From IMG/VR virus record IMGVR_UViG_3300025598_000001, positions 2,195 through 66,194 of that record: DNA of 64,000 bases. The stretch is one strand, 5' to 3'. The stretch's first letter is position 1. Each line of letters opens with the position of its first letter. Origin of the DNA: a virus. Its lineage: Duplodnaviria; Caudoviricetes. Of this stretch, positions 54,876 through 63,780 are shown in pieces. Position numbers and translations under genes: made by a program. The notes beneath the pieces were generated by a model. It did not search any database, had not been told where the DNA came from, and saw only the letters and a list, made by a program, of their open reading frames with translations.

Positions 54876-56000
54876 ATGGCTAAAGCCATCGCAACAGCAG
54901 ACCGCATTTATGCACAATCCCTCGACGAGTGTGTCGATTCAATCCTAGCAACTGGAAGTAAACTTACTACCTTAGTTCAAGGTCATATGGGGACAGGCAA
55001 ATCATCTATCCTAAAGATGTTAGCCAGCAAGCTACCCGATCATGTGCCTTGTTACTTTGACTGCACCACGAAAGACTTGGGTGATCTGATGTTACCGAAG
55101 ATACTGCGTGACGATAGTGCAGATGACTTTGTTCGGTTCGTGCCTAACGAGGAGATGGGACTACATCATGGTAAGCCAATCATTCTAATGATTGACGAGT
55201 TCGGTAAGGCTAACCCAATGGTTAAGAACGGCATGATGCGTGTGATGTTAGAACGCACAATGGGTAGTAAGAAGTTACCTGATGGATCGATTATCTTTGC
55301 AACTACTAACCTCGGCACAGAAGGTGTCGGTGACTTACTCATGCCACATCATAGAAATCGTATCACCACAATACGCATGAAGAAGCCGACTGCAACGGAA
55401 TGGATCGAAGGGTTTGCTTTCAATGCTGGTATTCACCCATCAATGATCTTATGGGTTAAAGAACATGGTGAGCAACTGTTCCAATCGTTTGAAGATGTAG
55501 AGAAACCTGATGATGAAGTCGGTGGTAATCCATACATCTATCACCCACAAGCGCAACGACCATCTTTCGTTACTCCAAGATCGCTGGAACTGGCATCACA
55601 TTGGCTATGGGCTAAGGATAGAATCAGCGAGAACGCATTGAAGTCGAATCTAATCGGCACTATCGGTGATCGTGCTGGCTCTGACCTCGGTGCATACATC
55701 AAGCTGGTAGATGAGTTGCCTCGCCAAGAAGATATCAAGAACGATCCGATGAACGCTAAAGTTCCTAGCAATAGTTCAGCAGTCGTGATGGTTGTCTATC
55801 GTGCATTGGCTACCATGAACAAGGAATGGATCGATCCATTCATGGACTATCTTGGTCGGTTAGATATGGAAGCGCAATCATTGTTTGCTATGCAAGTTCG
55901 TAACCCTAAATACCAGAAGCAAGGACTTGTCATGACCAATAAGAAGTTTACTGCATGGTGCATGGCTAACAACTTTATGTTTACCGCAGATAAGAAGTAA
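54876..56000 (+). CDS. MoxR/dynein-related AAA+ ATPase
   Basis: GHMGTGKS Walker A, LMIDE Walker B, ATTN sensor, NR finger, TPRS. Confidence 0.88.
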   Translation: MAKAIATADRIYAQSLDECVDSILATGSKLTTLVQGHMGTGKSSILKMLASKLPDHVPCYFDCTTKDLGDLMLPKILRDDSADDFVRFVPNEEMGLHHGKPIILMIDEFGKANPMVKNGMMRVMLERTMGSKKLPDGSIIFATTNLGTEGVGDLLMPHHRNRITTIRMKKPTATEWIEGFAFNAGIHPSMILWVKEHGEQLFQSFEDVEKPDDEVGGNPYIYHPQAQRPSFVTPRSLELASHWLWAKDRISENALKSNLIGTIGDRAGSDLGAYIKLVDELPRQEDIKNDPMNAKVPSNSSAVVMVVYRALATMNKEWIDPFMDYLGRLDMEAQSLFAMQVRNPKYQKQGLVMTNKKFTAWCMANNFMFTADKK

Positions 56001-56024
56001 CTTTACATCTAACAGGAGAATGAT

Positions 56025-56180
56025 ATGGATAAATTGCTGATTGGTTCTAAGTTAAGGTCATTGATTGAACACTACGCAGAAGTTACGACGGAAGAACACA
56101 TGACTGGAAAACTAAACAAAGAAGCAGATAAAACATGGAATGAAATAACGCAGTTAATCAATAAATTAACAGGAGAATAA
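56025..56180 (+). CDS. Hypothetical protein, 51 aa (not in ORF track)
   Basis: RBS AACAGGAGAATG; MDKLLIGSKLRSLIEHY...KLTGE. Confidence 0.65.
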   Translation: MDKLLIGSKLRSLIEHYAEVTTEEHMTGKLNKEADKTWNEITQLINKLTGE

Positions 56181-56182
56181 CA

Positions 56183-57352
56183 ATGCTAGCCATTGGTAAA
56201 GAACTAACCGCCGAGCAACGGCTATGGAAAGCAACGACTGATATATTGGGTCGTGATGAGTTCGTAGCGCTTGCTGGTGTGTTGATGATTGGTAGTAAGA
56301 AGATATCAGATGATTGCCCAACTGCCGCAACGAACGGGCGAGATGAGATATATGGTCGTAGGTTCGTCGATAGTTTGAATGATGCCGAATTTAGATTCCT
56401 AATACTACATGAGTGCTATCACAAAATGTATCGGCATCTAACAACTTGGAAGAACTTGCATGACATAGATCATATGCGGGCGAACATGGCTTGTGACTAT
56501 GTTATCAATCAGAAGTTATTGGATATGAACTTGGGTAAGTGGATTAGTATGCCGAAGGGCGGTTGTGCTGATGAGAAGTATCGCAACATGAACGCTAAAC
56601 AAGTCTTTGACCAACTACCCCCGCAAGATAATGATGGTGAAGGTGGTGGCGGTGGTGGTGGGTTCGATGACCATGACTGGGACGGCGCACAAGATATGTC
56701 AGCCGAGGAAGCCGAAGCATTGGCTAAGGAGATTGACGAAGCCGTAAGGCAAGGTGCAGTTCTAGCTGGTAAAGCTGGCTCGGGTGGCAATCGTGATATC
56801 ACAGAGTTATTGCAGACCAAGAAGGATTGGAAAGAGTTACTGCGTGACTTTGTGACAACAACTTGTGCTGGTAAAGATTACTCGACATGGAAGAAACCTA
56901 ATCGTAGATACATAGGCATGGACATACTGATGCCCTCGTCTATCAGCGAAACAATGGGTGAGATCGTGATCGGTGTCGATACCTCGGGTTCGATTGGTCA
57001 GCATGAACTTAACAAGTTCTTAACCGAGATCAAGGGCATATGCGATCAGGTTAAACCTAGCAAGATTCGTTTGATGTATTGGGACACCTTAGTATGTAAA
57101 GAGGAAGTGTATGACGAACAATCCCGGGAGAACTTAGTTAGATCAACGAAGCCAGCTGGCGGTGGTGGAACTGATCCCGAGTGTGTGCCGAGATACATGG
57201 CAGAACATAATATCAAGCCCGAAGCCGTAGTGATGTTGACCGATGGCTATGTGGGTTCGTGGGGTCAATGGTCTGTGCCTGTGGTTTGGTGTATTCAGGG
57301 TAACAGTTCAGCGAAAGCAGATGTGGGTGTAACTTTACATATAGAGGACTGA
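56183..57352 (+). CDS. DUF2201-type metallopeptidase plus vWA domain protein
   Basis: TAATNG, HECYH, N.ACDY.IN; MIDAS DTSGS, GGGGTD, MLTDGY. Confidence 0.9.
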   Translation: MLAIGKELTAEQRLWKATTDILGRDEFVALAGVLMIGSKKISDDCPTAATNGRDEIYGRRFVDSLNDAEFRFLILHECYHKMYRHLTTWKNLHDIDHMRANMACDYVINQKLLDMNLGKWISMPKGGCADEKYRNMNAKQVFDQLPPQDNDGEGGGGGGGFDDHDWDGAQDMSAEEAEALAKEIDEAVRQGAVLAGKAGSGGNRDITELLQTKKDWKELLRDFVTTTCAGKDYSTWKKPNRRYIGMDILMPSSISETMGEIVIGVDTSGSIGQHELNKFLTEIKGICDQVKPSKIRLMYWDTLVCKEEVYDEQSRENLVRSTKPAGGGGTDPECVPRYMAEHNIKPEAVVMLTDGYVGSWGQWSVPVVWCIQGNSSAKADVGVTLHIED

Positions 57353-57353
57353 T

Positions 57354-57482
57354 ATGCAGATCGTACTTGAAATCAATAATTGGATGGTAGGTTTGGCTTT
57401 ATGTGCATTAGCAATGTTGTTGGTATTTGGTGTAGGTTTTGTAATTGGTAGATTCATTAACTTAATCGAAGGAGATAAATGA
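57354..57482 (+). CDS. Small membrane protein, 42 aa (not in ORF track)
   Basis: MQIVLEINNWMVGLALCALAMLLVFGVGFVIGRF...; fills the gap. Confidence 0.55.
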   Translation: MQIVLEINNWMVGLALCALAMLLVFGVGFVIGRFINLIEGDK

Positions 57483-58363
57483 TGGGAATGTTGAATAGCT
57501 TTGATGCCGTAGCTAAGTGCTATGCAGAAACGAAACCGATTCAAGGTGCAAGGAAAGCGCAAGACTTGCGACCACTAGCCGAACGCAGATATTGGTGGAA
57601 TCGTGTCATGAAAGTAAGTGATACAAAATACTTATTATTAGATGGTCATTGGTCATTCAATATGTATGTGAATGATCCAGTAATGGTTGAGCAGACTGCA
57701 CCGATTATGTGGGAACGCAAGGGAGATGGTGATTACCTGACAATCCATAACCATTCAGATGGTGGTATGTCCGTATCTCGCTATACATTTTTAGATAGAT
57801 ACTTGCCTAGTGGTATGCGGTTTGACTGGACTGGTAATGGTAAACACTTTGTCAGGTACGAAGGCAAGGAGTATTACCTACCTAAGTTTAAGTCTAAGAT
57901 AGATTGGAACAACAAGACCTTTACCATGATTGAAGATCACAAACTTGTATTCAAGGTTGATGGAACTGGCTTCAAGCGTGTCGGCGATCTGTTGCCCATG
58001 CCTACAAGACGAGTGGATAAAGAGGTAGATGCACACTTCAAAGAACCTATCAAGATCATGTGGGAATGGATGCAGATTGTGTTACCTGTAATGGGCGATA
58101 CATTGGGTGATAGTAAGCAAGCCTATGCCGAATCGTTAGGTGCGACTAGCTATTGGTACTGGGTAAAACAAATAGATAAGAACTTAGCAAGAGAAATCCT
58201 TGAAAACCCTGAGCATGACAAGCGTATGGCACTTGCTGGACTATCGGTTTATGACATTGGTGCTATCGATAATGGTAGGTTTGAACCGACTAAAGAATCA
58301 TGGGCAAAGTTTAGATCGCTGATGCGCAGAATTGGCGGTATGTATGCAACAGAAATGCAGTAG
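57479..58363 (+). CDS. Hypothetical protein
   Basis: 294-aa ORF with RBS AAGGAG. Confidence 0.75.
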   Translation: MMGMLNSFDAVAKCYAETKPIQGARKAQDLRPLAERRYWWNRVMKVSDTKYLLLDGHWSFNMYVNDPVMVEQTAPIMWERKGDGDYLTIHNHSDGGMSVSRYTFLDRYLPSGMRFDWTGNGKHFVRYEGKEYYLPKFKSKIDWNNKTFTMIEDHKLVFKVDGTGFKRVGDLLPMPTRRVDKEVDAHFKEPIKIMWEWMQIVLPVMGDTLGDSKQAYAESLGATSYWYWVKQIDKNLAREILENPEHDKRMALAGLSVYDIGAIDNGRFEPTKESWAKFRSLMRRIGGMYATEMQ

Positions 58364-58387
58364 TAACTTTACATATAGGAGAATGAT

Positions 58388-59347
58388 ATGGCTACAAAAC
58401 TAATTAACATCAAGAAGTTGATGGCTGATGAGCATATGCAAACTAAAATTAAGATGGCTATGGGATCAAAAGATAAATCTTTTGCATCTTTCCATGACTA
58501 TCCTGTAAGGGAAGAACTTAAGAACTTTGCCCAAGCGGTTGAAAGTGCAATGCCGAATCTAAAGTTTTACCCAAAAGATATTACGAGGATAGTTGCACCT
58601 GACCATCAGTATTATCAGGTCGAGGAGTTTGCCGTATACATGGACGAATATCCGTTTGCATTAGGGCAGATTAACTTTTGCAGTAACGGAGTTAAAGATA
58701 GTGGTAAAGATACCTATGGTGTATATAGTCGCAAGATACAGAACGCTAAGTATGCAACGCATCGGGATCAACATCGTATGCAGATGACTGTGGATATAAA
58801 GAAGGCAGTCAAGCTGGCTCTTACTTATCTTGTGCCGTTTACGCACAGGGAGTTGGCTACGGCTTACTACGAGGATATGCACTGCAATGTGGTAAGGGTT
58901 AACGAAACAGCCGAAAGAAACTTGGCATTGGTAGCTAGGTCAATACACAATAACAACATGGCTTTGGTTGCTGAGATTCAAGCGTTGATGAAACAAGGTA
59001 TAGAGTTCAAGACCCCTGAGTTCAGAGAGGTTGCTAGCAAGATTGATGAAGTAGTGGATAACTATAACAAGGAGAAGATGCGTAAAGTATCAGCACAGTT
59101 TATCCGATTCCGTCAAGTAGGGGAAGATACCTATGCCGATGTGCAAGAAGTCCAAGGTGTACGAGATAACAGATGGGCAGAGAGGGCGCACTTTACCAGC
59201 GATGTGCCGACTACCTATCATATGAACGAGTTGCCGGCCGACATAGCGGGTCAAGTATCTGTCCTTAACATCTTAGCAGATGAGCAGTATGTGCCGTATG
59301 TGGGTCAGAAGGTAGACGATAGAACATTTTGGATTGAGAGAGGTTAA
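58388..59347 (+). CDS. Hypothetical protein
   Basis: 319-aa ORF, RBS AGGAGAATG; C-terminal ELPADIAGQVSVL...VGQKV...FW module. Confidence 0.75.
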   Translation: MATKLINIKKLMADEHMQTKIKMAMGSKDKSFASFHDYPVREELKNFAQAVESAMPNLKFYPKDITRIVAPDHQYYQVEEFAVYMDEYPFALGQINFCSNGVKDSGKDTYGVYSRKIQNAKYATHRDQHRMQMTVDIKKAVKLALTYLVPFTHRELATAYYEDMHCNVVRVNETAERNLALVARSIHNNNMALVAEIQALMKQGIEFKTPEFREVASKIDEVVDNYNKEKMRKVSAQFIRFRQVGEDTYADVQEVQGVRDNRWAERAHFTSDVPTTYHMNELPADIAGQVSVLNILADEQYVPYVGQKVDDRTFWIERG

Positions 59348-59349
59348 AC

Positions 59350-59793
59350 ATGGGGGTAATAACAATGTTGTCATCAGACATGATGAGAAAAGAGAAAGGG
59401 ATATACATAGATATATTCTACGATCTAGGCTTTTGCGCAAACTGGAAAGATGTGAATGGGCAGAAGATGATTTCAGCCCCCGAGGAAGTATTGCTTGCGT
59501 ACCTAGAAATGATGAAAACCATACCGATTTATAGGGTACAGATTCATGAAGATAACACTGTCGGAACAACATGTTACGAGATGATTGATGCTTTTAAACC
59601 ACAGCTAAAAAATTCTTACGAAAGTGTTGACGAATTGCCAAAATGGGTGCAAGATAAACTCTCTGTGCTTATGCTACTCGACCCTAGCAAACAGAACGAA
59701 GAAGTCGAGGGTGTGGGCAGACGAATTAGAGAAGATATATTTTGGGTTTTTCACGGAGAATTTGATGGCGACGACCCCCGAGGGGAAAGTTAA
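59350..59793 (+). CDS. Hypothetical protein
   Basis: Shares the C-terminal ELP.W...LSVL...GVGRR...FW module with the upstream gene. Confidence 0.7.
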   Translation: MGVITMLSSDMMRKEKGIYIDIFYDLGFCANWKDVNGQKMISAPEEVLLAYLEMMKTIPIYRVQIHEDNTVGTTCYEMIDAFKPQLKNSYESVDELPKWVQDKLSVLMLLDPSKQNEEVEGVGRRIREDIFWVFHGEFDGDDPRGES

Positions 59794-60091
59794 GAAGGCG
59801 GTTCGCCAAGTCCTAGATGGGCTTGGCGCTTACTATGTGATGCCAGTTACAGGCGGTTATGGTAGGCAAGGCGCACCTGACTTTTTAGTTTGTCATCAAG
59901 GTAAATTCTACGGCATTGAAACCAAAGCGGGAAAAGGGAAACTCACAGCACTGCAAGAATTGAATCTCAAAAAGATCATAGACTGCGGTGGAGTTGCCCT
60001 TGTAATACGAGAAGCAGATGTAAAGTTTTTACCAAGTTTATTAACCACAGGAGAAGAAGATGTTAAAGAAAAAGAAACCAAGCGTAACTAA
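59765..60091 (+). CDS. VRR-NUC nuclease (putative Holliday-junction resolvase)
   Basis: TPEGKVK, GAPDFLVC..G.F.GIETKAG...TALQ; start at MATTPE. Confidence 0.88.
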   Translation: MATTPEGKVKKAVRQVLDGLGAYYVMPVTGGYGRQGAPDFLVCHQGKFYGIETKAGKGKLTALQELNLKKIIDCGGVALVIREADVKFLPSLLTTGEEDVKEKETKRN

Positions 60092-60245
60092 ATCCGTGCT
60101 TGAATTATTAAAAGAAGCCGAGCCGGAACCAACCCCTGAAGTAAATGTTCAACACTTGCAAGACGAAGTGATTAGACTGCGCCATTTATACATGGATGCT
60201 AAAGCCGTAATCCGTTACCTAGAAACCAAGATAGATGTGTTGTGA
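60060..60245 (+). CDS. Hypothetical protein
   Basis: RBS ACAGGAGAA; AVIRYLE end. Confidence 0.6.
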   Translation: MLKKKKPSVTKSVLELLKEAEPEPTPEVNVQHLQDEVIRLRHLYMDAKAVIRYLETKIDVL

Positions 60246-60709
60246 GCAAGAAAAAGCACGAGTCTAAAAAGGTACAGAAATGGCATGCCAAAACACTAAC
60301 CGACATATTTGCCGACATAAAGCGTGGGCAAGGATATGTCACAGTCGTAATGCAACGATCCACTTGGGAAGAGTTACAATGGGCAATCAGCGTAGCTCTC
60401 AGAGAGGAAGATAAACATATGGCAACAAAGGAAAAAATCGTAGCCCCTGCGGTCAAGGATAAGAAAACAGGGGTAATCATCGAAGCACCTAGCAAGAAGT
60501 GGGCGCACGATCAGATCGAAGCTAAAGAGCATATCAAAGACAAGAACGCAAAGCGTGGATTCGTCACAAGCGAAGACAAGTTTGTTAAGCGTAAGAAAGC
60601 GGCTAAGATTGCTAAAGAAGCTGGTCAGATCAAAGATAAAGATGTTAAGAAGTTACACTCATCTGATCTGCGTAAAGCTGGCGGACTAGCAAAGAAGAAG
60701 ATCAAATGA
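60242..60709 (+). CDS. Hypothetical protein; possible in-frame second start at 60419
   Basis: C-terminal GFVTSEDKFVKRK.AAKIA..AGQ...LHSSDL module. Confidence 0.6.
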   Translation: MSKKKHESKKVQKWHAKTLTDIFADIKRGQGYVTVVMQRSTWEELQWAISVALREEDKHMATKEKIVAPAVKDKKTGVIIEAPSKKWAHDQIEAKEHIKDKNAKRGFVTSEDKFVKRKKAAKIAKEAGQIKDKDVKKLHSSDLRKAGGLAKKKIK

Positions 60710-60909
60710 ACGAGAACGATTTACGAGATTGCTTTGCGATGTTTGCTTTGAACGGACTTTTAGTTGCGGAAAGAAACACACTTAAAAAAGAAATTATTAG
60801 TAAGTGGTCTTACGAAATAGCAGATGCAATGCTAGAAGCCCGAAACGAAATCGAATCCGATGATGGAATAGTCGCAATCAAAAAGAGAAAGTATGTCCGT
60901 AAAAATTGA
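60706..60909 (+). CDS. Hypothetical protein
   Basis: LRDCFA..AL.GL...YEIADAMLEAR, a common small phage family. Confidence 0.7.
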   Translation: MNENDLRDCFAMFALNGLLVAERNTLKKEIISKWSYEIADAMLEARNEIESDDGIVAIKKRKYVRKN

Positions 60910-61099
60910 TATTAGAAAAGCGGCTCGTGAAGCCGAAATAGGTTTAACAGGTAAGAGGTTCTGTTCAAGTTGTCAGTCAATGCAACCAGCTATGACAGGT
61001 ATGATAGTCGAAGGCAAGCGCAATCGGTGGCAATGCTATAACTGCACAGAAAGACGAAGTGCAAGGAAGTATTCAACCAAGGAGAATGGTAATGATTAG
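60893..61099 (+). CDS. Zn-ribbon protein
   Basis: FCSSCQ...RWQCYNC. Confidence 0.65.
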   Translation: MSVKIDIRKAAREAEIGLTGKRFCSSCQSMQPAMTGMIVEGKRNRWQCYNCTERRSARKYSTKENGND

Positions 61100-61208
61100 T
61101 TTGTTAACAGCTTTCTTTATGTATCATGGCAGTGCAGATTGGTGGTGGTGGGTATTGTGGTGTGTGTTTTCTATTGGTGAACTCGTTAAGTTTGTGAGGA
61201 ACTCATGA
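61092..61208 (+). CDS. Small Trp-rich membrane peptide, 38 aa (not in ORF track)
   Basis: RBS AAGGAGAAT; MISLLTAFFMYHGSADWWWWVLWCVFSIGELVKFVRNS. Confidence 0.55.
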   Translation: MISLLTAFFMYHGSADWWWWVLWCVFSIGELVKFVRNS

Positions 61209-61402
61209 CGACATTTACTACTGAAGATCGCCTTAAAGCACAGACTGATGATGACGATTATTACGGCATACCTTTTGCTGGTTGGGTGAAGATCAACGAC
61301 AACGAAGATACTATAAGAATGTTGCGTGAACAGTTGCATATTGTTCAAGCAGAGTGCCAACGACTACGCAAGATACTCATGGAGCATGGACTAAATGACT
61401 AA
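61205..61402 (+). CDS. Hypothetical protein
   Basis: MTTFTTEDR start; ATGA overlap. Confidence 0.65.
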   Translation: MTTFTTEDRLKAQTDDDDYYGIPFAGWVKINDNEDTIRMLREQLHIVQAECQRLRKILMEHGLND

Positions 61403-61724
61403 CATATTAAAAGAAGCGCACGGCATTATTTATGGTGATCGTGAAAAAACTTACGGACATCCAAGCAAGAACTTAAAAACGATTGCTAATATGTGGAACG
61501 CATATTTAATGGCGGCTGGTGGGGCTATTCATGATGAAAATGGCGGTGATGTAGTAGCAGAATTAAATGCTAAAGATGTTGCTGCAATGATGATGTTAGT
61601 TAAAGTGGCCCGGTTCGCTAATAACCCCAATCACAGAGATAACTTAGTAGATATATGCGGATATGCTGCTCTGGTAGAACGCTGTGACGAAACCGAATCT
61701 AAAGAGAATATAGATGAGAGTTGA
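61395..61724 (+). CDS. DUF6378-like (nucleotide-hydrolase-like helical) protein
   Basis: IYGDREKTYGHP...IA.MW.AYL...VA.MM..VK.AR...H.DN.VDICGYA. Confidence 0.78.
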   Translation: MTNILKEAHGIIYGDREKTYGHPSKNLKTIANMWNAYLMAAGGAIHDENGGDVVAELNAKDVAAMMMLVKVARFANNPNHRDNLVDICGYAALVERCDETESKENIDES

Positions 61725-62202
61725 TCTGAACGCTGGTGAGATGCATGTTTGTCGGCTGATTGGTTTTCTCAGGCGCAGTATCAACCTAAATAAAACTAAA
61801 GATCAACAAGTTGGTAAGCAAGACCCTTGGGATATTGACATGGATGGTGTCATCGGTGAGTTCTGTGTTGCAAAAGTATTAAATGTTTGTCCTGATTTTA
61901 GTATTCATGCTCGTAGTGGTGGGGACGATTTGATTTTGACAGGCGGTAAAACAGTTGATGTTAAAACTACAAGGCACCAACAAGGTAACTTACTCGCTAC
62001 TTTAAGTAAGATCAATTCTCCATCGGATATTTATATGCTGGCTATCGTAGATGATAGAGGGTGCGAGATAGAGGGGTGGATATCAAAAGAAGATTTATTT
62101 AAAAAAGAAAACATAAAAAATCTTGGGCATGGTTCGACTTATTTCGTAGCAAAAGAGCAGTTAAACAAAAACTTGGAAACCTTGAGGTATCAAAATGATT
62201 GA
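61714..62202 (+). CDS. Putative PD-(D/E)XK-fold nuclease
   Basis: GVIGEFCVAK...DDL...TVDVKTT...GW. Confidence 0.55.
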   Translation: MRVDLNAGEMHVCRLIGFLRRSINLNKTKDQQVGKQDPWDIDMDGVIGEFCVAKVLNVCPDFSIHARSGGDDLILTGGKTVDVKTTRHQQGNLLATLSKINSPSDIYMLAIVDDRGCEIEGWISKEDLFKKENIKNLGHGSTYFVAKEQLNKNLETLRYQND

Positions 62203-62341
62203 GTCTTTAGTAAAACCCCAACCATTAGACAATGATGTTGCAGTGATAAAGATCATACAGTTGCTAGGGCAGTTGAGTCCTAACGATATTAACTATGTGT
62301 TAGAAATAGTTACACAAGTTGCAAAGGCGGTGGAAGCATGA
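62195..62341 (+). CDS. Hypothetical protein, 48 aa (not in ORF track)
   Basis: MIESLVKPQPLDNDVAVIKIIQLLGQL...; coupled to neighbours. Confidence 0.55.
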   Translation: MIESLVKPQPLDNDVAVIKIIQLLGQLSPNDINYVLEIVTQVAKAVEA

Positions 62342-62514
62342 AAATACAAGTAACTAAAGTAAAAGAAAACAAAGATGGTAGTGCCAATGCCCATGTTGAA
62401 TTTGACAAAGAGGGATTGAAGTTGCTATTGGAATGGGGTTTAAATGCTATGTTGTTAAAGGGATTTAAGGCGCAACAAGAAGCGGAAGAACTTGACATGG
62501 ATGGGCGGTGCTAA
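62338..62514 (+). CDS. Hypothetical protein, 58 aa (not in ORF track)
   Basis: MKIQVTKVKENKDGSANAHVEFDKEG..LLLEWG; ATGA overlap. Confidence 0.6.
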   Translation: MKIQVTKVKENKDGSANAHVEFDKEGLKLLLEWGLNAMLLKGFKAQQEAEELDMDGRC

Positions 62515-62711
62515 TGAACGCAAATGAACTAGCTGATTTGTTGATGGAGTTTGATAGCGGTCAGGTTTACAACCATGCAACTGAAATAGCAACCATGCTA
62601 CGCCAGCAACAAGCTGAAATAGAGTCGTTAAAAGCAGGAAAAATTAGGGCTTATGACAATGGATATGAAGATGGTAGAAAACCTAATACAAATAAGGCAC
62701 AAGAGAAATGA
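62514..62711 (+). CDS. Modular small protein (MNANELAD, LRQQQAEIE and KAQEK modules)
   Basis: Modules shared with neighbours. Confidence 0.7.
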   Translation: MNANELADLLMEFDSGQVYNHATEIATMLRQQQAEIESLKAGKIRAYDNGYEDGRKPNTNKAQEK

Positions 62712-62968
62712 ACGCAAATGAACTAGCCGATTGGTGCGATGAAGCATCACAGGAATATGGTAATAGACCGCTTGTGCAAATAGCCACCATGCTACGCCAG
62801 CAACAAGAAAAGCTGACCAAGTACGAACTGCGCCATGTTGCACAGCGTGACAGAATTGCGATATTAGAAATGCAACATAAACAGCAACAAGCTGAAATAG
62901 AGGCGTTGAAAGCGAAGTTAAACTACATGTTTGAGCAGGAAATTAAAAGTGCGAGGGTAAACAGATGA
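62708..62968 (+). CDS. Modular small protein (MNANELAD and QQQAEIEALK modules)
   Basis: Shared modules; ATGA overlap. Confidence 0.7.
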   Translation: MNANELADWCDEASQEYGNRPLVQIATMLRQQQEKLTKYELRHVAQRDRIAILEMQHKQQQAEIEALKAKLNYMFEQEIKSARVNR

Positions 62969-63294
62969 ACTGGAAAGCATACGAAGAGATTAACTTTGGC
63001 AACGACATAATCTATAGATGGGTGCGTGAAGGTGAGGAGTATGTAAGCCGCATGACATTGGAACAGATGGATGAATTTGAATCAAAAATACGCCAGCAAC
63101 AAGCCGAAATTGAGGCGTTGAAAAAGGAAGCTGCATTACAAAGGCTATCTGACTTTACGCAAGAAGCTGAAAAGACACTAACAGATGCAGAAATACGCAC
63201 TATTCAGGATATGTGCCATTTGAAAAATGTTGGGTATAACAACTTTATTATGCGGTTTGCTAGAGCAATACTAAAAAAGGCACAAGAGAAATGA
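62965..63294 (+). CDS. Modular small protein (QQQAEIEALK, KTLTDAEI and FARAILKKAQEK modules)
   Basis: Shared modules; ATGA overlap. Confidence 0.7.
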   Translation: MNWKAYEEINFGNDIIYRWVREGEEYVSRMTLEQMDEFESKIRQQQAEIEALKKEAALQRLSDFTQEAEKTLTDAEIRTIQDMCHLKNVGYNNFIMRFARAILKKAQEK

Positions 63295-63506
63295 AAAATA
63301 AACCTGTAGTTTGGACTGCGTGTTTAAGTTGTGGGCAAAAAGTTACAGGCGATTCTATTCACACTTGCTCACCACAATTAAAGACACTAACAGATGAGGA
63401 AATAAAATCTGAAGCTAAGTATTTTTGCCATAGCTACCATAGTGAAAATCCTGAAAGATTGGTTTTATTTGCTAGAGCAATACTAAGAAAGGCACAAGAG
63501 CAATGA
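63291..63506 (+). CDS. Modular small protein (Cys/His N-terminus, KTLTDEEI and FARAILRKAQEQ modules)
   Basis: Shared modules; ATGA overlap. Confidence 0.7.
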   Translation: MKNKPVVWTACLSCGQKVTGDSIHTCSPQLKTLTDEEIKSEAKYFCHSYHSENPERLVLFARAILRKAQEQ

Positions 63507-63619
63507 CCTGTTTAAGTTATTCAGAAATAGCTAGTGCATTGCTTGGAGGAATCATTGGTGCATTTCTTTGCGGATTCATTCAGGCTTGGTTTGAAGATAG
63601 AAAGGCACAAGAGAAATGA
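63503..63619 (+). CDS. Modular TM peptide, 38 aa, ending RKAQEK (not in ORF track)
   Basis: MTCLSYSEIASALLGGIIGAFLCGFIQAWFEDRKAQEK. Confidence 0.65.
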   Translation: MTCLSYSEIASALLGGIIGAFLCGFIQAWFEDRKAQEK

Positions 63620-63780
63620 ATGTAATTTCAATTAACCCAAAGCCGACACTTGTGGAGTTACAAGAAAAGCTATTGGATGTTATTGCTTCAGAACCTTTTG
63701 CCAACATTAGTATTGCCGAAACATTAGGTGTATTGGAAATGGTGAAATACAGTCTTTTGATGAACACGGAGGAAGTATGA
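63616..63780 (+). CDS. Hypothetical protein, 54 aa (not in ORF track)
   Basis: MNVISINPKPTLVELQEKLLDVI...AETLGVLEMVK; ATGA overlaps. Confidence 0.6.
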   Translation: MNVISINPKPTLVELQEKLLDVIASEPFANISIAETLGVLEMVKYSLLMNTEEV

